59,888 nucleotides of DNA from Candidatus Levybacteria bacterium RIFCSPLOWO2_02_FULL_37_18. Lineage in GTDB: Bacteria; Patescibacteriota; Microgenomatia; Levybacterales; UBA12049. Position numbers and translations under genes: made by a program. Below, one piece after another: positions 38,571 to 49,249 of the stretch (its first letter is position 1; the number at the start of each line of letters is the position of its first letter). The DNA is taken from positions 1 through 59,888 of the forward strand of contig MFPD01000020.1 in NCBI GenBank assembly GCA_001784115.1. The letters are read 5' to 3'. The notes below the pieces were generated by a model. That model saw only the letters and a list, made by a program, of their open reading frames with translations. It was not told where the DNA came from and made no database searches.

Positions 38571-40534
38571 CAATGTTTTTCGATGGTTCATTTTGGCTAT
38601 ATTTTTTCTATTTTTTGATTGTAATTGTAATTGCGTTTTCCCCCCGGGGAGATATTTTTAAAAAAACTGCGACTTCCTTTACTTCACCGATTTGTTTTAG
38701 GAAGTATAGTTGGAATGGTATTATGGGGATGGCAAGGATTTATTTTTGGTTATTTAAACGTTCGTTTCTTAACTTATTTTTATTTAATATTCTTTGCTGC
38801 TTTATGGATTTTATTTAATAAGAAAAATGTATCAACTTTTGCTTTTAAGATCAAAAATATTGATTTTTTTTCTCTTATGTATTTTCCTTTTTGGAGTCAT
38901 TATTCAATTAAGTGCTGTATGGTTCGAAGGAGTATATACTAAAAATGGGCTTTTTTTCTGCTGTAGTAATTTTGTCGACAGCGTATATCACATTGCTCTG
39001 ACGAATCAAATTATTAAACGTATTCCTCCTTACCAACCTGAGATATACGGAGTAGTTGTACAGAATTATCACTACTGGGGAAATATTATTAGTGCTGAAT
39101 TGATAAGGATTTTCCATCTTCCGCTTATTTCAACTCAATACCAGTACATTATGCTTTTTTTATCTTTATTTTTAGGATTATCAGCTGTAGTTTTCACAGA
39201 AATATTACAGCTTGGAAAAACGTATAATTGGAGGGGATCTTATTTTTGTCTTGGTTTCATTTATGCGCAGAGAAATTAATTTTAAAATGAGTTCCTTGGA
39301 AGATGGGGCAAAATTTTTAGTAAATCCTCCAAGAGCATTTGCAATTATAATTTTTATGGCCGGTGTAATATTCCCTATGTATTGGTTGAAACGAAAAGAT
39401 AAATATTTAGGAATACTTGCGGCCTTCATGTTAGGAAGTACCATAGGATATAAAGTATACATAGGTATTTTTTCTATCATAGGACTTTTATTTCTTTCTT
39501 CATACTTTTTAATAAAGAAAAAATATAAATTTCTTTATTTACTTCCTATTGCGTTATTTTTTTCAATCAGCATGTACGTACCAAGTAATAGTAATGCTGG
39601 AGGACTGTATTTTACTGGTCTTTATATTTTTGAAAATTTTGTCGTACAACCTTGGATGAGATTAGAGCGGCTTGAGCTTGCGCGACAGATATATCTAGAG
39701 CACCATAATTGGTTAAGAGTGGTTGAGTATGAGCTTATTTTCATTTATTTGTTTATAGTAACAGTATTTGGTACAAAGCTAATTGGTTTAATACAAACCA
39801 AGAAATCTTTAACTTCTTTCCCATCAGAGCTTAATGTTTTTTTGCTAAGTGGTATTTTTGTAAGTGCTGTTTTAGGATTTTGTTTTCAACAACAGTCTGG
39901 AGGTCCAAACTCTTTTATTTTTTTGGTTTCCGTATTTATTTTCAGTTCTTTTTATACAGCTAATGCTGCAAATTATTGGATTAAAAAAATAAACGGGAAA
40001 ATTTTCTACATTGTAATTGTAATAGTAATTTTGATTATTTTAACATCAACAAGAGTTCTCAATGTTTTATTTGTAAACATACAATCAATTCAAAAAGAAA
40101 AAGGAAATATAATTACCGCAGAAGAACTTGCAGCACTCTCCTACCTAAAAAATAATACTCCACCAAATGCAATTGTTTTGGTCGAGCATAGCATTCTTAC
40201 AGCCGATTACGAAACTCCATATGTCAGTTTTTTATCCGATAGACCAATGTTTTTATCTAGCAATGGAACTCTTTCTTCGCATGGAATAAATTTTTCTGAC
40301 AGAAAAAATACTGTAGATGAAATTTTTCTTAGCTATGGCAGCAAAAAAGTTGCTCCTCTATTGCTAAGTAATAATATTGATTACCTTTACACATCTACGG
40401 TTTACTCCTCGCTTCCACAAGATGTAATGAGCTATACTAAGACGGAATTCAGAAATAGAGATATTTTTATAAAAAAAGTTTTAAAAGATAAAGCTAAGGC
40501 ATATCAAGAAAGTCACGATAAAATTATCAAATAA
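38567..40534 (+). pseudogene. Polytopic membrane protein (probable GT-C) split by three frameshifts
   Basis: Four overlapping ORFs (38567, 38631, 38794, 39212), each shifted +1, read as one continuous membrane protein (DSVYHIAL, NYHYW, C-terminal LSYLKNNTP). Breaks lie near the C6 run at 38640-38645, the T8 run at 38864-38871 and about 39226. Confidence 0.75.
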
Positions 40535-40548
40535 AACGTATTTTCCAG

Positions 40549-42156
40549 ATGAATAAATTTTTTCTGTCGCTTATTATATTTACTGCGATGCTGCTTCGTT
40601 TCTTGAATCTTGGTAGTAATCCTCCCTCTCTCACTTGGGATGAAGCAGCATGGGGATATAATGCTTATTCATTAGGTATTGATGGAAGAGATGAATTCGG
40701 AAGATTTTTACCTTACGATTACCTGGAATCATTTGGTGATTTTAAGCCTCCGGTGTACGCATATCTTGATATATTACCTGTAAAACTATTTGGTCTTACA
40801 GAATTTGCCACCAGATTTCCATCTGCATTAATGGGTGTACTGACGGTTTTTTTAACTTATTTTTTAGTTAAAGAAATATTTAAGAATTCTCAAAAGAAAG
40901 AAATATATGCACTTGTTAGCTCTTTTTTACTAGCAATATCTCCTTGGCATATTATGCTCTCCAGAGCGGCTTTCGAGGCAAATGTGGCAACCTTTTTTAC
41001 AACTTGTGGGATATGGCTATTTTTAAAAGGACGAGAAAATAAATGGGGTTTTTCACTTTCTGCAATATCATTTGTATTATCAATATACACCTTTAATTCT
41101 GCGCGAATTGTAGCACCACTTCTTGTATTATTTCTTGTAGGGATGTTTCACAAAGACATCACAAAAAAGAAGAAGCAAGCAACCACAGCGTTTTTTATAG
41201 GATTTATTCTTATTCTTCCAATTGTAAAATTTCTTTTTTCCCCTCAAGCAACTCTAAGATTTAAAGAGGTGAATATATTTTCGGATTTTAACATTATAAA
41301 AAGAGTTAATCAGCAAATTGAAAATGATCATAACGCTCGTTGGTCATCAGTACTTCATAATCGAAGATTTGTTTTTACAGTAGAATATTTAAAACATTAT
41401 TTTGATAATCTAAGTTCTAGTTTTTTATTTATAAAAGGAGACGGAAATCCAAAATTTTCAACTCAGCAAGTCGGACAATTGTATATGTGGGAAATACCTT
41501 TTTTAATTGCGGGCGTTCTTTTTTTAATACGAAAAAAAGAAGGACTTTGGTTGTTAGTTCCAATCTGGTTACTCATTGGCATTATTCCAGCAGGAAGTGC
41601 TCGGGAAACGCCACATGCTCTCAGAATTGAGGCTAGCCTGCCAACATTTCAGATACTTGTAGCATATGGTCTTATAAATAGTATGGAAAAGTTGAAAAGA
41701 TGGAAGCTTGTAACTGCAGGCTTATCTCTCGTCATTTTCTTTAATCTCATTTACTTTCTCCATGATTATTATGTTCATTATCCGGTACATTACTCAAGAG
41801 AATGGCAATATGGATATAAAGAGTCTGTACGGTATGTAGTAGGAGTTCAGAATAACTTCAAAAAAGTATGGGTTACGCAAAACTTAGGAAGACCATATAT
41901 GTATTACCTATTCTACCTGCATTATAATCCTTCAACATTTAGGACAAACTCAGACATAAAAAGAGATGTATTTGGCTTTGTTCATGTTAAGCGTTTCGAT
42001 AAGTATTTTTTCGGTGATAATAATAGGATTTCTCGGGCGGAAGGTAAAGGTAGTCTATTTGTTAATACATACGATCAAGTTCCAAACAATGCAAAAATAC
42101 TTAAGGATTTTAAATTACTAAATCGCGATTCCTATTTAGTTGTTTATACTAAATAA
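40549..42156 (+). CDS. GT-C glycosyltransferase, PMT_2/ArnT-like (DEA-GYN family, copy 4)
   Basis: LTWDEAAWGYNAYS, GRDEFG, SFGDFKPP, ISPWHIMLSRAAFE, TPHALR, WQYGYK. Confidence 0.8.
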   Translation: MNKFFLSLIIFTAMLLRFLNLGSNPPSLTWDEAAWGYNAYSLGIDGRDEFGRFLPYDYLESFGDFKPPVYAYLDILPVKLFGLTEFATRFPSALMGVLTVFLTYFLVKEIFKNSQKKEIYALVSSFLLAISPWHIMLSRAAFEANVATFFTTCGIWLFLKGRENKWGFSLSAISFVLSIYTFNSARIVAPLLVLFLVGMFHKDITKKKKQATTAFFIGFILILPIVKFLFSPQATLRFKEVNIFSDFNIIKRVNQQIENDHNARWSSVLHNRRFVFTVEYLKHYFDNLSSSFLFIKGDGNPKFSTQQVGQLYMWEIPFLIAGVLFLIRKKEGLWLLVPIWLLIGIIPAGSARETPHALRIEASLPTFQILVAYGLINSMEKLKRWKLVTAGLSLVIFFNLIYFLHDYYVHYPVHYSREWQYGYKESVRYVVGVQNNFKKVWVTQNLGRPYMYYLFYLHYNPSTFRTNSDIKRDVFGFVHVKRFDKYFFGDNNRISRAEGKGSLFVNTYDQVPNNAKILKDFKLLNRDSYLVVYTK

Positions 42157-42160
42157 TTCT

Positions 42161-43846
42161 ATGAGATTAAATACCTCATTATTTGTAGGAATTATTATTA
42201 TTGCCGCAGTGCTTCGTTTTTGGGACTTGGGAGTTGTACCTGTTTCTCCAGATTGGGATGAAGTCGCATTAGGATACAATGCATACTCGATCTTACAAAC
42301 GGGAAGAGATGAATATGGTGAATTTCTTCCAATTGTTCTTAGATCTTTTGATGATTATAAACCAGCGTTATACGCCTATTGTATAATACCTTTTATTAAA
42401 TTATTTGGATTAAGTACTTTTTCAATACGATTGCCTTCGGCGATTACTGGAGTGTTAATGATAATTGGAATATATTATTTGATTGGAGAATTTTTTCTTT
42501 TCCATAAGTCAAAAAACGAAAATGTATATACCCGTTGGGTACCTCTTATTACTTCAGCTTTGTTAGCAATATCCCCTTGGCATCTACAATTTTCTCGAGT
42601 TGCTTTTGAGTCAAGCGTTGGTACTGCTTTTAATATCTTTGGAACTTTATTTTTTCTAAAAGGTTTGAGGAAAGGATGGTATTTTCCACTCAGTGCTTTT
42701 TTTTATGGATTAAGTCTTTATACCTATCAAAGCGAAAAGGCTTTTGTTCCCCTGCTTCTTATTGCTTTGTTGTGTTTATTGTATAAACACATTTTTTCTT
42801 TAGATAAAAAATATGTAATAGTAAGTATTTTTTTAGGATTGATAATTTCTCTTCCAATAATTTCCTTCACCTTATTTAATAAACAATCACTGTCTAGGGC
42901 TGTTGGAGTTAGCATTTTTTCCGACAAAAACTCTCTTCTTCAGAGGAATGTCCAAGATATTATAAGAGATAAAGAAGCTAATAACAAGTTGGGTTTATTT
43001 TTAGACAACAGAAGATTTATATATGCAAAAACTGTTGTTCTTAGCTATATAAATCACTTTGATATAAACTGGTTGTTTATTAGAGGTGATTACAACTTGC
43101 CAAGACATCATGCACCCGATATTGGCCTTTTATATATTATCGAATTCCCTTTTATTTTAATAGGAATATACCAGCTTATTTTCAATAATAATTTTTTTGG
43201 AATAGATAAGAAAATAAAATACTTAATCTTCTCTTGGTATCTTCTTGCCCCCATACCAGCTTCTGTAACAATTGATGCTCCACATTCTGTTAGAACACTT
43301 AATTTAGTAGCAATATATCCTATTTTTACAGCCTTTGGAATAATTACCGCATATCTTTTTTGTAAGAATCTTCCTAGCAAGAAGATCTTGAAAGTAACCG
43401 GTGCAGTTTGTATTCTAGTGATTTTTACTTTAAATTTCTCGTATTATATTAATCAATATTTTGTGCAGCAAAACTATTATCACGCAAAATATTGGCAGTA
43501 TGGATACAAAGAGCTTGTTGACTATGTCGACACGATCAAAGGGAATTATAATAAAATTATTGTCTCAAACACAGAAACAATGGATCAATCACATATGTTT
43601 TTTCTTTTTTATTTACAATACGACCCCAAAAAATACTTATCTGAGGGAGGAACATATTCGCGTGGTTTTGCAGAAAACAAAAATAAGTTCTCAAATTTTG
43701 AATTTAGAAAATTTGACATATATAAAGAAACTGAAGCCAATACTTTATTCATTGGTGCTCCTTCAGATTTTCCAGAAGCACTTCATCGTCTCCATACAAT
43801 ATATTATCCAGATAAAGAGCCAGCGATATATATTGCACAGCATTAA
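42161..43846 (+). CDS. GT-C glycosyltransferase, PMT_2/ArnT-like (DEA-GYN family, copy 5)
   Basis: PDWDEVALGYNAYS, GRDEYG, SFDDYKP, ISPWHLQFSRVAFE, WQYGYK. Start at ATG 42161. Confidence 0.8.
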   Translation: MRLNTSLFVGIIIIAAVLRFWDLGVVPVSPDWDEVALGYNAYSILQTGRDEYGEFLPIVLRSFDDYKPALYAYCIIPFIKLFGLSTFSIRLPSAITGVLMIIGIYYLIGEFFLFHKSKNENVYTRWVPLITSALLAISPWHLQFSRVAFESSVGTAFNIFGTLFFLKGLRKGWYFPLSAFFYGLSLYTYQSEKAFVPLLLIALLCLLYKHIFSLDKKYVIVSIFLGLIISLPIISFTLFNKQSLSRAVGVSIFSDKNSLLQRNVQDIIRDKEANNKLGLFLDNRRFIYAKTVVLSYINHFDINWLFIRGDYNLPRHHAPDIGLLYIIEFPFILIGIYQLIFNNNFFGIDKKIKYLIFSWYLLAPIPASVTIDAPHSVRTLNLVAIYPIFTAFGIITAYLFCKNLPSKKILKVTGAVCILVIFTLNFSYYINQYFVQQNYYHAKYWQYGYKELVDYVDTIKGNYNKIIVSNTETMDQSHMFFLFYLQYDPKKYLSEGGTYSRGFAENKNKFSNFEFRKFDIYKETEANTLFIGAPSDFPEALHRLHTIYYPDKEPAIYIAQH

Positions 43847-43848
43847 AC

Positions 43849-45339
43849 ATGATAAAAGTGTTAAAGAGTAATTATATATATTTGATATTATCTTTTATCG
43901 TTGTAGTTGGTTTTTTTCTTAGATCAAGTGGGATTTTCTCTAATTCGTTTGCTTTCACTTATGATGTTGGAAGGGATCTTCTTGCAGTTCGTGATTTAGT
44001 TGTCAACCATAAAATTTCTTTAATAGGCGCCACAACCGGAAAAGAAGGTATATTTTATGGCCCAGTCTGGTATTGGATTTTGGCATTCCCTTTTATTATT
44101 TCTTCTGGTAATCCACAAATGATTGCATTGTTTATGGCATTCTGTGGAATTTTGGTTGTGCCTATAGGATATTTTTTAGGTGAAAAAATACATGGTAAGT
44201 TTTTAGGACTTACTCTTGCAGCATTTTTTAGTTTTTCACCTGTTATGATTGGCGTTTCTTCACAAATATGGAATCCAAATTTAATACCGCTTTTTGTAAT
44301 AATCCTTTTGAGTTTGCTGATACAGGAATCTTTAAGAAGTAAAAAGACGTTTTTTGTAATTGGTTTGCTGCTTGGAGTTATTTTAGAGCTGGAAATTGTT
44401 TTTGGAATTCTGCTAATAGTTGCTACCGGTATATACGTACTATGTACCGGAAACCTTAAGCAAAAAATTCTTCAGTTTTTTATTTTTTTGGCAGGTATTA
44501 TTTTGGTCCTGTTTCCTAAAATTATTTTCGATATTAGACATAATTTTTTAATGACGAGAAGTTTCTTTTCACTCTTTAATGGTCCTTTTTCAGAAAAACT
44601 TGGGTTATCTTTTTTGAGCAATTTTCCTCAACGTTTACAGGTATTATTTAATCTATTTTCAGATTCTTTAACTAATTCGAATAAATATCTTGCTTTCTAC
44701 CTTTTAGCCCTGTGCTTTGTTATACTTATTTACTTCCGTAAAAAACTATCAGGAACTCAGAAGAAAGAATTACAAATTATTTTTATCACTCTATTAACTT
44801 TTTTAATTGGATTAAGTTTTTTTTCTCATGATATTTGGTCACATTATATTATTGGTTTGCCTGTTTATTTTATTCTTACCATTACAGTAACAGTAGATAT
44901 AATGTCTAAAAATTTCAAACAGAAAAAAGCAGCGATACTACTTGTTGTTGTGATCTTAACAATTAATTTTAATCCAGTCCTCTTTTTAAGAGGTATAAGA
45001 TCACCTCTGTGGGAGGGGAATTCAGCTGTTTATAGGAACCAGCTAGCTGTTATAGATTATGTCTACAATGATACAGATGGAGAAAAGTTTAGCTATGTTG
45101 CTTACACACCGCCTATTCACGATTACACTTGGCAATATTTATTTCTATGGTATGGACAAAAAAAGTATCACTATGTACCAAGTAAAGTAACAGAAAAACT
45201 ATTTTATCTTATCTTAGAGCCAGATTATGAGAGGCCATCCCGGCTCAAAGATTGGTTGGAAATTAGAAAAAATGATGGCAAAATTATAAAAGAACAGGTT
45301 GTTAAAGGAGGGATAGTAGTACAGACAAGAATTCATTAA
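43849..45339 (+). CDS. GT-C glycosyltransferase, PMT_2-like (D..RD family, copy 1)
   Basis: FTYDVGRD, LIG, FYGPVWYW, WNPNLIP, FDIRHNF. Confidence 0.75.
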   Translation: MIKVLKSNYIYLILSFIVVVGFFLRSSGIFSNSFAFTYDVGRDLLAVRDLVVNHKISLIGATTGKEGIFYGPVWYWILAFPFIISSGNPQMIALFMAFCGILVVPIGYFLGEKIHGKFLGLTLAAFFSFSPVMIGVSSQIWNPNLIPLFVIILLSLLIQESLRSKKTFFVIGLLLGVILELEIVFGILLIVATGIYVLCTGNLKQKILQFFIFLAGIILVLFPKIIFDIRHNFLMTRSFFSLFNGPFSEKLGLSFLSNFPQRLQVLFNLFSDSLTNSNKYLAFYLLALCFVILIYFRKKLSGTQKKELQIIFITLLTFLIGLSFFSHDIWSHYIIGLPVYFILTITVTVDIMSKNFKQKKAAILLVVVILTINFNPVLFLRGIRSPLWEGNSAVYRNQLAVIDYVYNDTDGEKFSYVAYTPPIHDYTWQYLFLWYGQKKYHYVPSKVTEKLFYLILEPDYERPSRLKDWLEIRKNDGKIIKEQVVKGGIVVQTRIH

Positions 45340-45348
45340 TATTATTCA

Positions 45349-46992
45349 ATGAGAAATAAAAATTTGATTATCTTCTGTTTTATCACGCTTATTTCAATTT
45401 TTCCCCTTTTGGATCTTGCTCATCCTGGATTACCCATTACCCATGACGGACAAGATCATGTAGCCAGAATTGCAAATTTTTATGCAAATCTTGAAGAAGG
45501 AAATATAGTTCCCAGATGGGCATCTAATCTCAATTGGGGGTATGGCCATCCAATATTAATGTTTTTATATCCCTTGCCTTCTTATGTTGCTTCAATATTT
45601 CATTTCTTCGGCTTTTCACTTGTTGACAGTGTAAAAATAGTTTTTGCTGCCGGTTTTTTCCTAAGTGGTATCGTTATGTATGTATGGACTTCAATTTTTT
45701 TGGATAAAAGAAGCGCGTTTTTCGCTTCTTTATTATATCTTTTTGCCCCGTATCGATTTGTAGATTTATATGTACGAGGTGCAATTGGAGAACATATTGC
45801 GTTTATTTTTCCACCTTTAGTTTTTTGGGCAATTTTAAAGCTAAACAGAACTGCAGAGAAAAAATATCTTACATATGGTACTTTGGCACTTTCTGGGCTT
45901 ATTCTTTCTCATAATGCCATTACAATTATGTTTTTACCGCTCTTTTTTCTATATTTTGTCTTCATTTTTTATTTTGGGAAAAGAAGAAAATTATTTTTGT
46001 TCCAGTTTATTTCTTTAATAATTCTTGGTTTTGGATTAGCCTCTTTTTTTGTATTACCAGCTTTTTTTGAAGGAAAATATACATTGCGTGATATCGTTAC
46101 TGCCAAAACATCATTAAGTTTTTCTTCGGTTGGACAATTCTTATTCGGGGAATGGAATTATGGCGGAACAGGTGCTTTTACTGTCCAAATTGGACTCATA
46201 CAATTGTTTTTCATAGTTCTTTCATTGTTTTTTCTCGTTTTTGCCTTTCGAAAAAATAAACAAACGAAAATATTATTGGCTTGTCTAGAACTCTTGTTTT
46301 TACTCACGTTATTTTTAATGACTTCTCAGTCAAACGTTATTTGGGAAAAGGTTACCTTGTTACAAAAGTTTCAGTTTCCTTGGAGGTTTCTCTCTTTAGC
46401 TGTTTTTATTTCTGCTGCTATCGGAGGAATTACGTTTTCGGCTATTAAGGAAAAGTATAAAAATATTTTTTTGTTACTTATTGTTAGTGTTCTTTTGTTT
46501 GTTAATAAAGATTATTGGCGAGCTAAAGGATATCTTATTAAACCAGAAATTTTTTATACAGGAATTTATAACAGTACAACAGATACGGGAGAAAGTGCAC
46601 CAATATGGTCTGTGAGATTTATGGAGAAGAGACCAAAAAGTCGCTTGGAAACAATAGAGGGGGAGGGAAACGTTTTGGAAGTGAATCGTTTTTCAACAAA
46701 GCATGTTTATCAAATTACTTCTAAAGAAGGTCTTCGTATTAGAGAGAATACGTTGTACTTTCCGGGTTGGGAAGTATTTGTGGATGGGAAAAAAGTTCCA
46801 ATTGAGTTTCAAGATCCGGCAAATAGGGGACTTATTACATTTTTTTTAGAGGAAGGTATACACACCGTAAAGATAAAATTCACTGAGACAAAATTGAGAA
46901 TTCTTGCGGATAGCATAAGTATTGTTGGTTTGGTTTTTGTTACAATTTTAGGTATACTTAAAAAAAGATTACTATGGCCTCACTTTCGGTAG
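45349..46992 (+). CDS. GT-C-type membrane protein, PTPS-related (HD-motif) family, copy 3
   Basis: THDGQDHVARI, PRWA.NLNWGYGHP, PYRFVDLYVRGAIGE, QFPWRFL, YFPGW. Confidence 0.75.
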   Translation: MRNKNLIIFCFITLISIFPLLDLAHPGLPITHDGQDHVARIANFYANLEEGNIVPRWASNLNWGYGHPILMFLYPLPSYVASIFHFFGFSLVDSVKIVFAAGFFLSGIVMYVWTSIFLDKRSAFFASLLYLFAPYRFVDLYVRGAIGEHIAFIFPPLVFWAILKLNRTAEKKYLTYGTLALSGLILSHNAITIMFLPLFFLYFVFIFYFGKRRKLFLFQFISLIILGFGLASFFVLPAFFEGKYTLRDIVTAKTSLSFSSVGQFLFGEWNYGGTGAFTVQIGLIQLFFIVLSLFFLVFAFRKNKQTKILLACLELLFLLTLFLMTSQSNVIWEKVTLLQKFQFPWRFLSLAVFISAAIGGITFSAIKEKYKNIFLLLIVSVLLFVNKDYWRAKGYLIKPEIFYTGIYNSTTDTGESAPIWSVRFMEKRPKSRLETIEGEGNVLEVNRFSTKHVYQITSKEGLRIRENTLYFPGWEVFVDGKKVPIEFQDPANRGLITFFLEEGIHTVKIKFTETKLRILADSISIVGLVFVTILGILKKRLLWPHFR

Positions 46993-47723
46993 TTTTGGCG
47001 ACATATAACGAAGAAGAAAATCTCAAAAAATGCCTTGAATCGGTTCAAGATTTATGTAATGAAATAATTGTTGTTGATGGTGGCTCTGGGGACAAGACTG
47101 TAGAAATAGCAAAACAATTCAATGCAAAAGTATGTATCACAGATAACCCGCCTATTTTTCATATCAACAAACAGAAGGCAATATATAAGGCCACATGTGA
47201 TTGGATTTTACAACTGGATGCTGACGAACAAGTTACAGAGGGGCTCGCAGCGGAAATAAAAGAAAAAATAAAAAATATTCATGTCAATGGTTATTGGATA
47301 CCAAGAAAAAACTTTTTTCTAGGGAGATATTTATTAAAAGGAGGTCAATATCCGGATTATACTCTACGTCTTTATCGAAAAGGAAAAGGAAAACTTCCTC
47401 AGAAAAGTGTTCACGAACAAGCAGTGGTTGATGGAAAGTGTGAATATCTTGTTAACCCACTTATCCATATGGCAGATACTAATTTCAAAAGATACATAAT
47501 CCGATTTGGAAGATATACAGATCTTATTGCAGTGGAGTTGAAAAAAAAGAATAACAAGAGTCTTATTTTAGGCATACAATATTTATTGGTTTTACCTCCG
47601 TGGTGGTTTTTAAAAACATATATACGTCACAAGGGATTTATGGATTCATGGCAAGGACTTGTTTTTTCTTTTTTTTCTTCTTTAAGATTTCCAGTTGGTT
47701 ATATTAAATCCTTGAGCACATGA
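46974..47723 (+). CDS. GT2, WaaE/KdtX-like glycosyltransferase (copy 3)
   Basis: SVVLATYNEE, VDGGSGD, LQLDADE, GGQYPDYTLRLY, VHEQ, KGFMD. Confidence 0.85.
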   Translation: MASLSVVLATYNEEENLKKCLESVQDLCNEIIVVDGGSGDKTVEIAKQFNAKVCITDNPPIFHINKQKAIYKATCDWILQLDADEQVTEGLAAEIKEKIKNIHVNGYWIPRKNFFLGRYLLKGGQYPDYTLRLYRKGKGKLPQKSVHEQAVVDGKCEYLVNPLIHMADTNFKRYIIRFGRYTDLIAVELKKKNNKSLILGIQYLLVLPPWWFLKTYIRHKGFMDSWQGLVFSFFSSLRFPVGYIKSLST

Positions 47724-49249
47724 GAAAATTACTTCATAACTTTGCTGACAATTATAAAAGAAATAGGCGAGATGTTATTAAGTTAACAATTATTATTCTT
47801 CTTGGTAGTTTTTTAAGATTATTTAATTTTCCATACAGATACGGTCTTGGAGAAGAAACAGTACGAGATGCAGTGGTCGGTATTGAGGCCGCAAGGGAGC
47901 TTCAACTACCGCTAACTGGAGCTTTTTCTTCCTTAGGACCTTTTACTTTCGGTCCGTTATATACTTATCAGGTTGCATTCTCTTACCTTGTTTTACCGTT
48001 TAATTATTCCCCATGGATATATTTATCGCTCATCTCAATTTTTTATATTTATATAATTTATAAAATAGGTGAAATATTAAATGGTAAAAATTTCGGACTC
48101 ATTCTCGCGTTTATTGCGGCAATTTCACCTGCGCAAATTATTTCCGCGACTCATCTAACCAGTCATAACAATACCAACATATTTGTAGCTTTAACAATTT
48201 GGATTTTCTTAAAAATTTTTAAAAAAAATATCTCGTATTGGTGGGGGTTTTTCTTAGGAGTTTCTCTTGGATTTGGCATGAATTTGCACTATCAGATGAC
48301 TGGGTTATTTATTTTAGTAATACTTCTGCTATTTTACAAACCAAAAAGATACCTCTATTTTATTACTTCCATCGTAGGAATATTTGTAACATTCATCCCC
48401 CTTTTTATATTTGAACTAAATAATCATTGGTTTAATGTTAGAAACATGATTTATTATGCGATGTATGGAAAAAATCTTATGTATGTACCAAACAGATGGC
48501 TTTTTTACGTACGAGATTTTTGGCCGGCTTTTTGGGCGGATGCATTAGGGGTTCCTTTAATTGGAGGATATATATCCATTGTGATAGTTTCAGTTATTTT
48601 TTTGGCGGTTCTGAAAAAAAGAAAGCTTACAGCTCCCTTTTTAGCACTAATCATTTGTTTTATATTTAATTTTATCTTACTTCGGTATTATTGGGGACAT
48701 CGATTTTTCGGATACCTTAATTTTCTCCGTCCATTTGTTTTTATCCTTACCGGATTTGCACTTTTATATCTTTTTCAAATTAAGCAATACGGAAAGTACA
48801 TAGGAAGCATATTATTTATATTCCTTACGTTGTTTGCTGTGCCGCGAATAAAAGATAGTATCATTAAGGATCCGTTTACAATGCAGATGTATAAAGAAGT
48901 TGCTATTCTCAAAAATAAATTCCCAAGTAAAAAAATTACAGTTTATAAATGTACTAAAAAATATATTAGTGGGTCAAACACAGAACCCTTCTCTTTTGCT
49001 TTTTTACTAGATAAAGATAGACTGCTAACTAAATCAGGGGTTAATATCGGATTTATTGGAACTAAGGAAAATAACTGCATTTCTTCTCGGAATGAACTTA
49101 GTAAAAATATTTTAGAAATAAAAGATACTAATCTTCTTGATTTATCCCATATCTCGAAGAATAGTCTGGTTAAAGATGGCTGGGAAATAATAGATTTTAA
49201 ATATATTTATGATTTGAATGCCAGATGGTGGTTTAGAGAACAGCCATGA
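47720..49249 (+). CDS. GT-C glycosyltransferase, PMT_2-like (D..RD family, copy 2)
   Basis: LGEETVRD, LTG, TFGPLY, MNLHY, FELNNHWFN; colinear with 43849. Confidence 0.7.
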   Translation: MRKLLHNFADNYKRNRRDVIKLTIIILLGSFLRLFNFPYRYGLGEETVRDAVVGIEAARELQLPLTGAFSSLGPFTFGPLYTYQVAFSYLVLPFNYSPWIYLSLISIFYIYIIYKIGEILNGKNFGLILAFIAAISPAQIISATHLTSHNNTNIFVALTIWIFLKIFKKNISYWWGFFLGVSLGFGMNLHYQMTGLFILVILLLFYKPKRYLYFITSIVGIFVTFIPLFIFELNNHWFNVRNMIYYAMYGKNLMYVPNRWLFYVRDFWPAFWADALGVPLIGGYISIVIVSVIFLAVLKKRKLTAPFLALIICFIFNFILLRYYWGHRFFGYLNFLRPFVFILTGFALLYLFQIKQYGKYIGSILFIFLTLFAVPRIKDSIIKDPFTMQMYKEVAILKNKFPSKKITVYKCTKKYISGSNTEPFSFAFLLDKDRLLTKSGVNIGFIGTKENNCISSRNELSKNILEIKDTNLLDLSHISKNSLVKDGWEIIDFKYIYDLNARWWFREQP

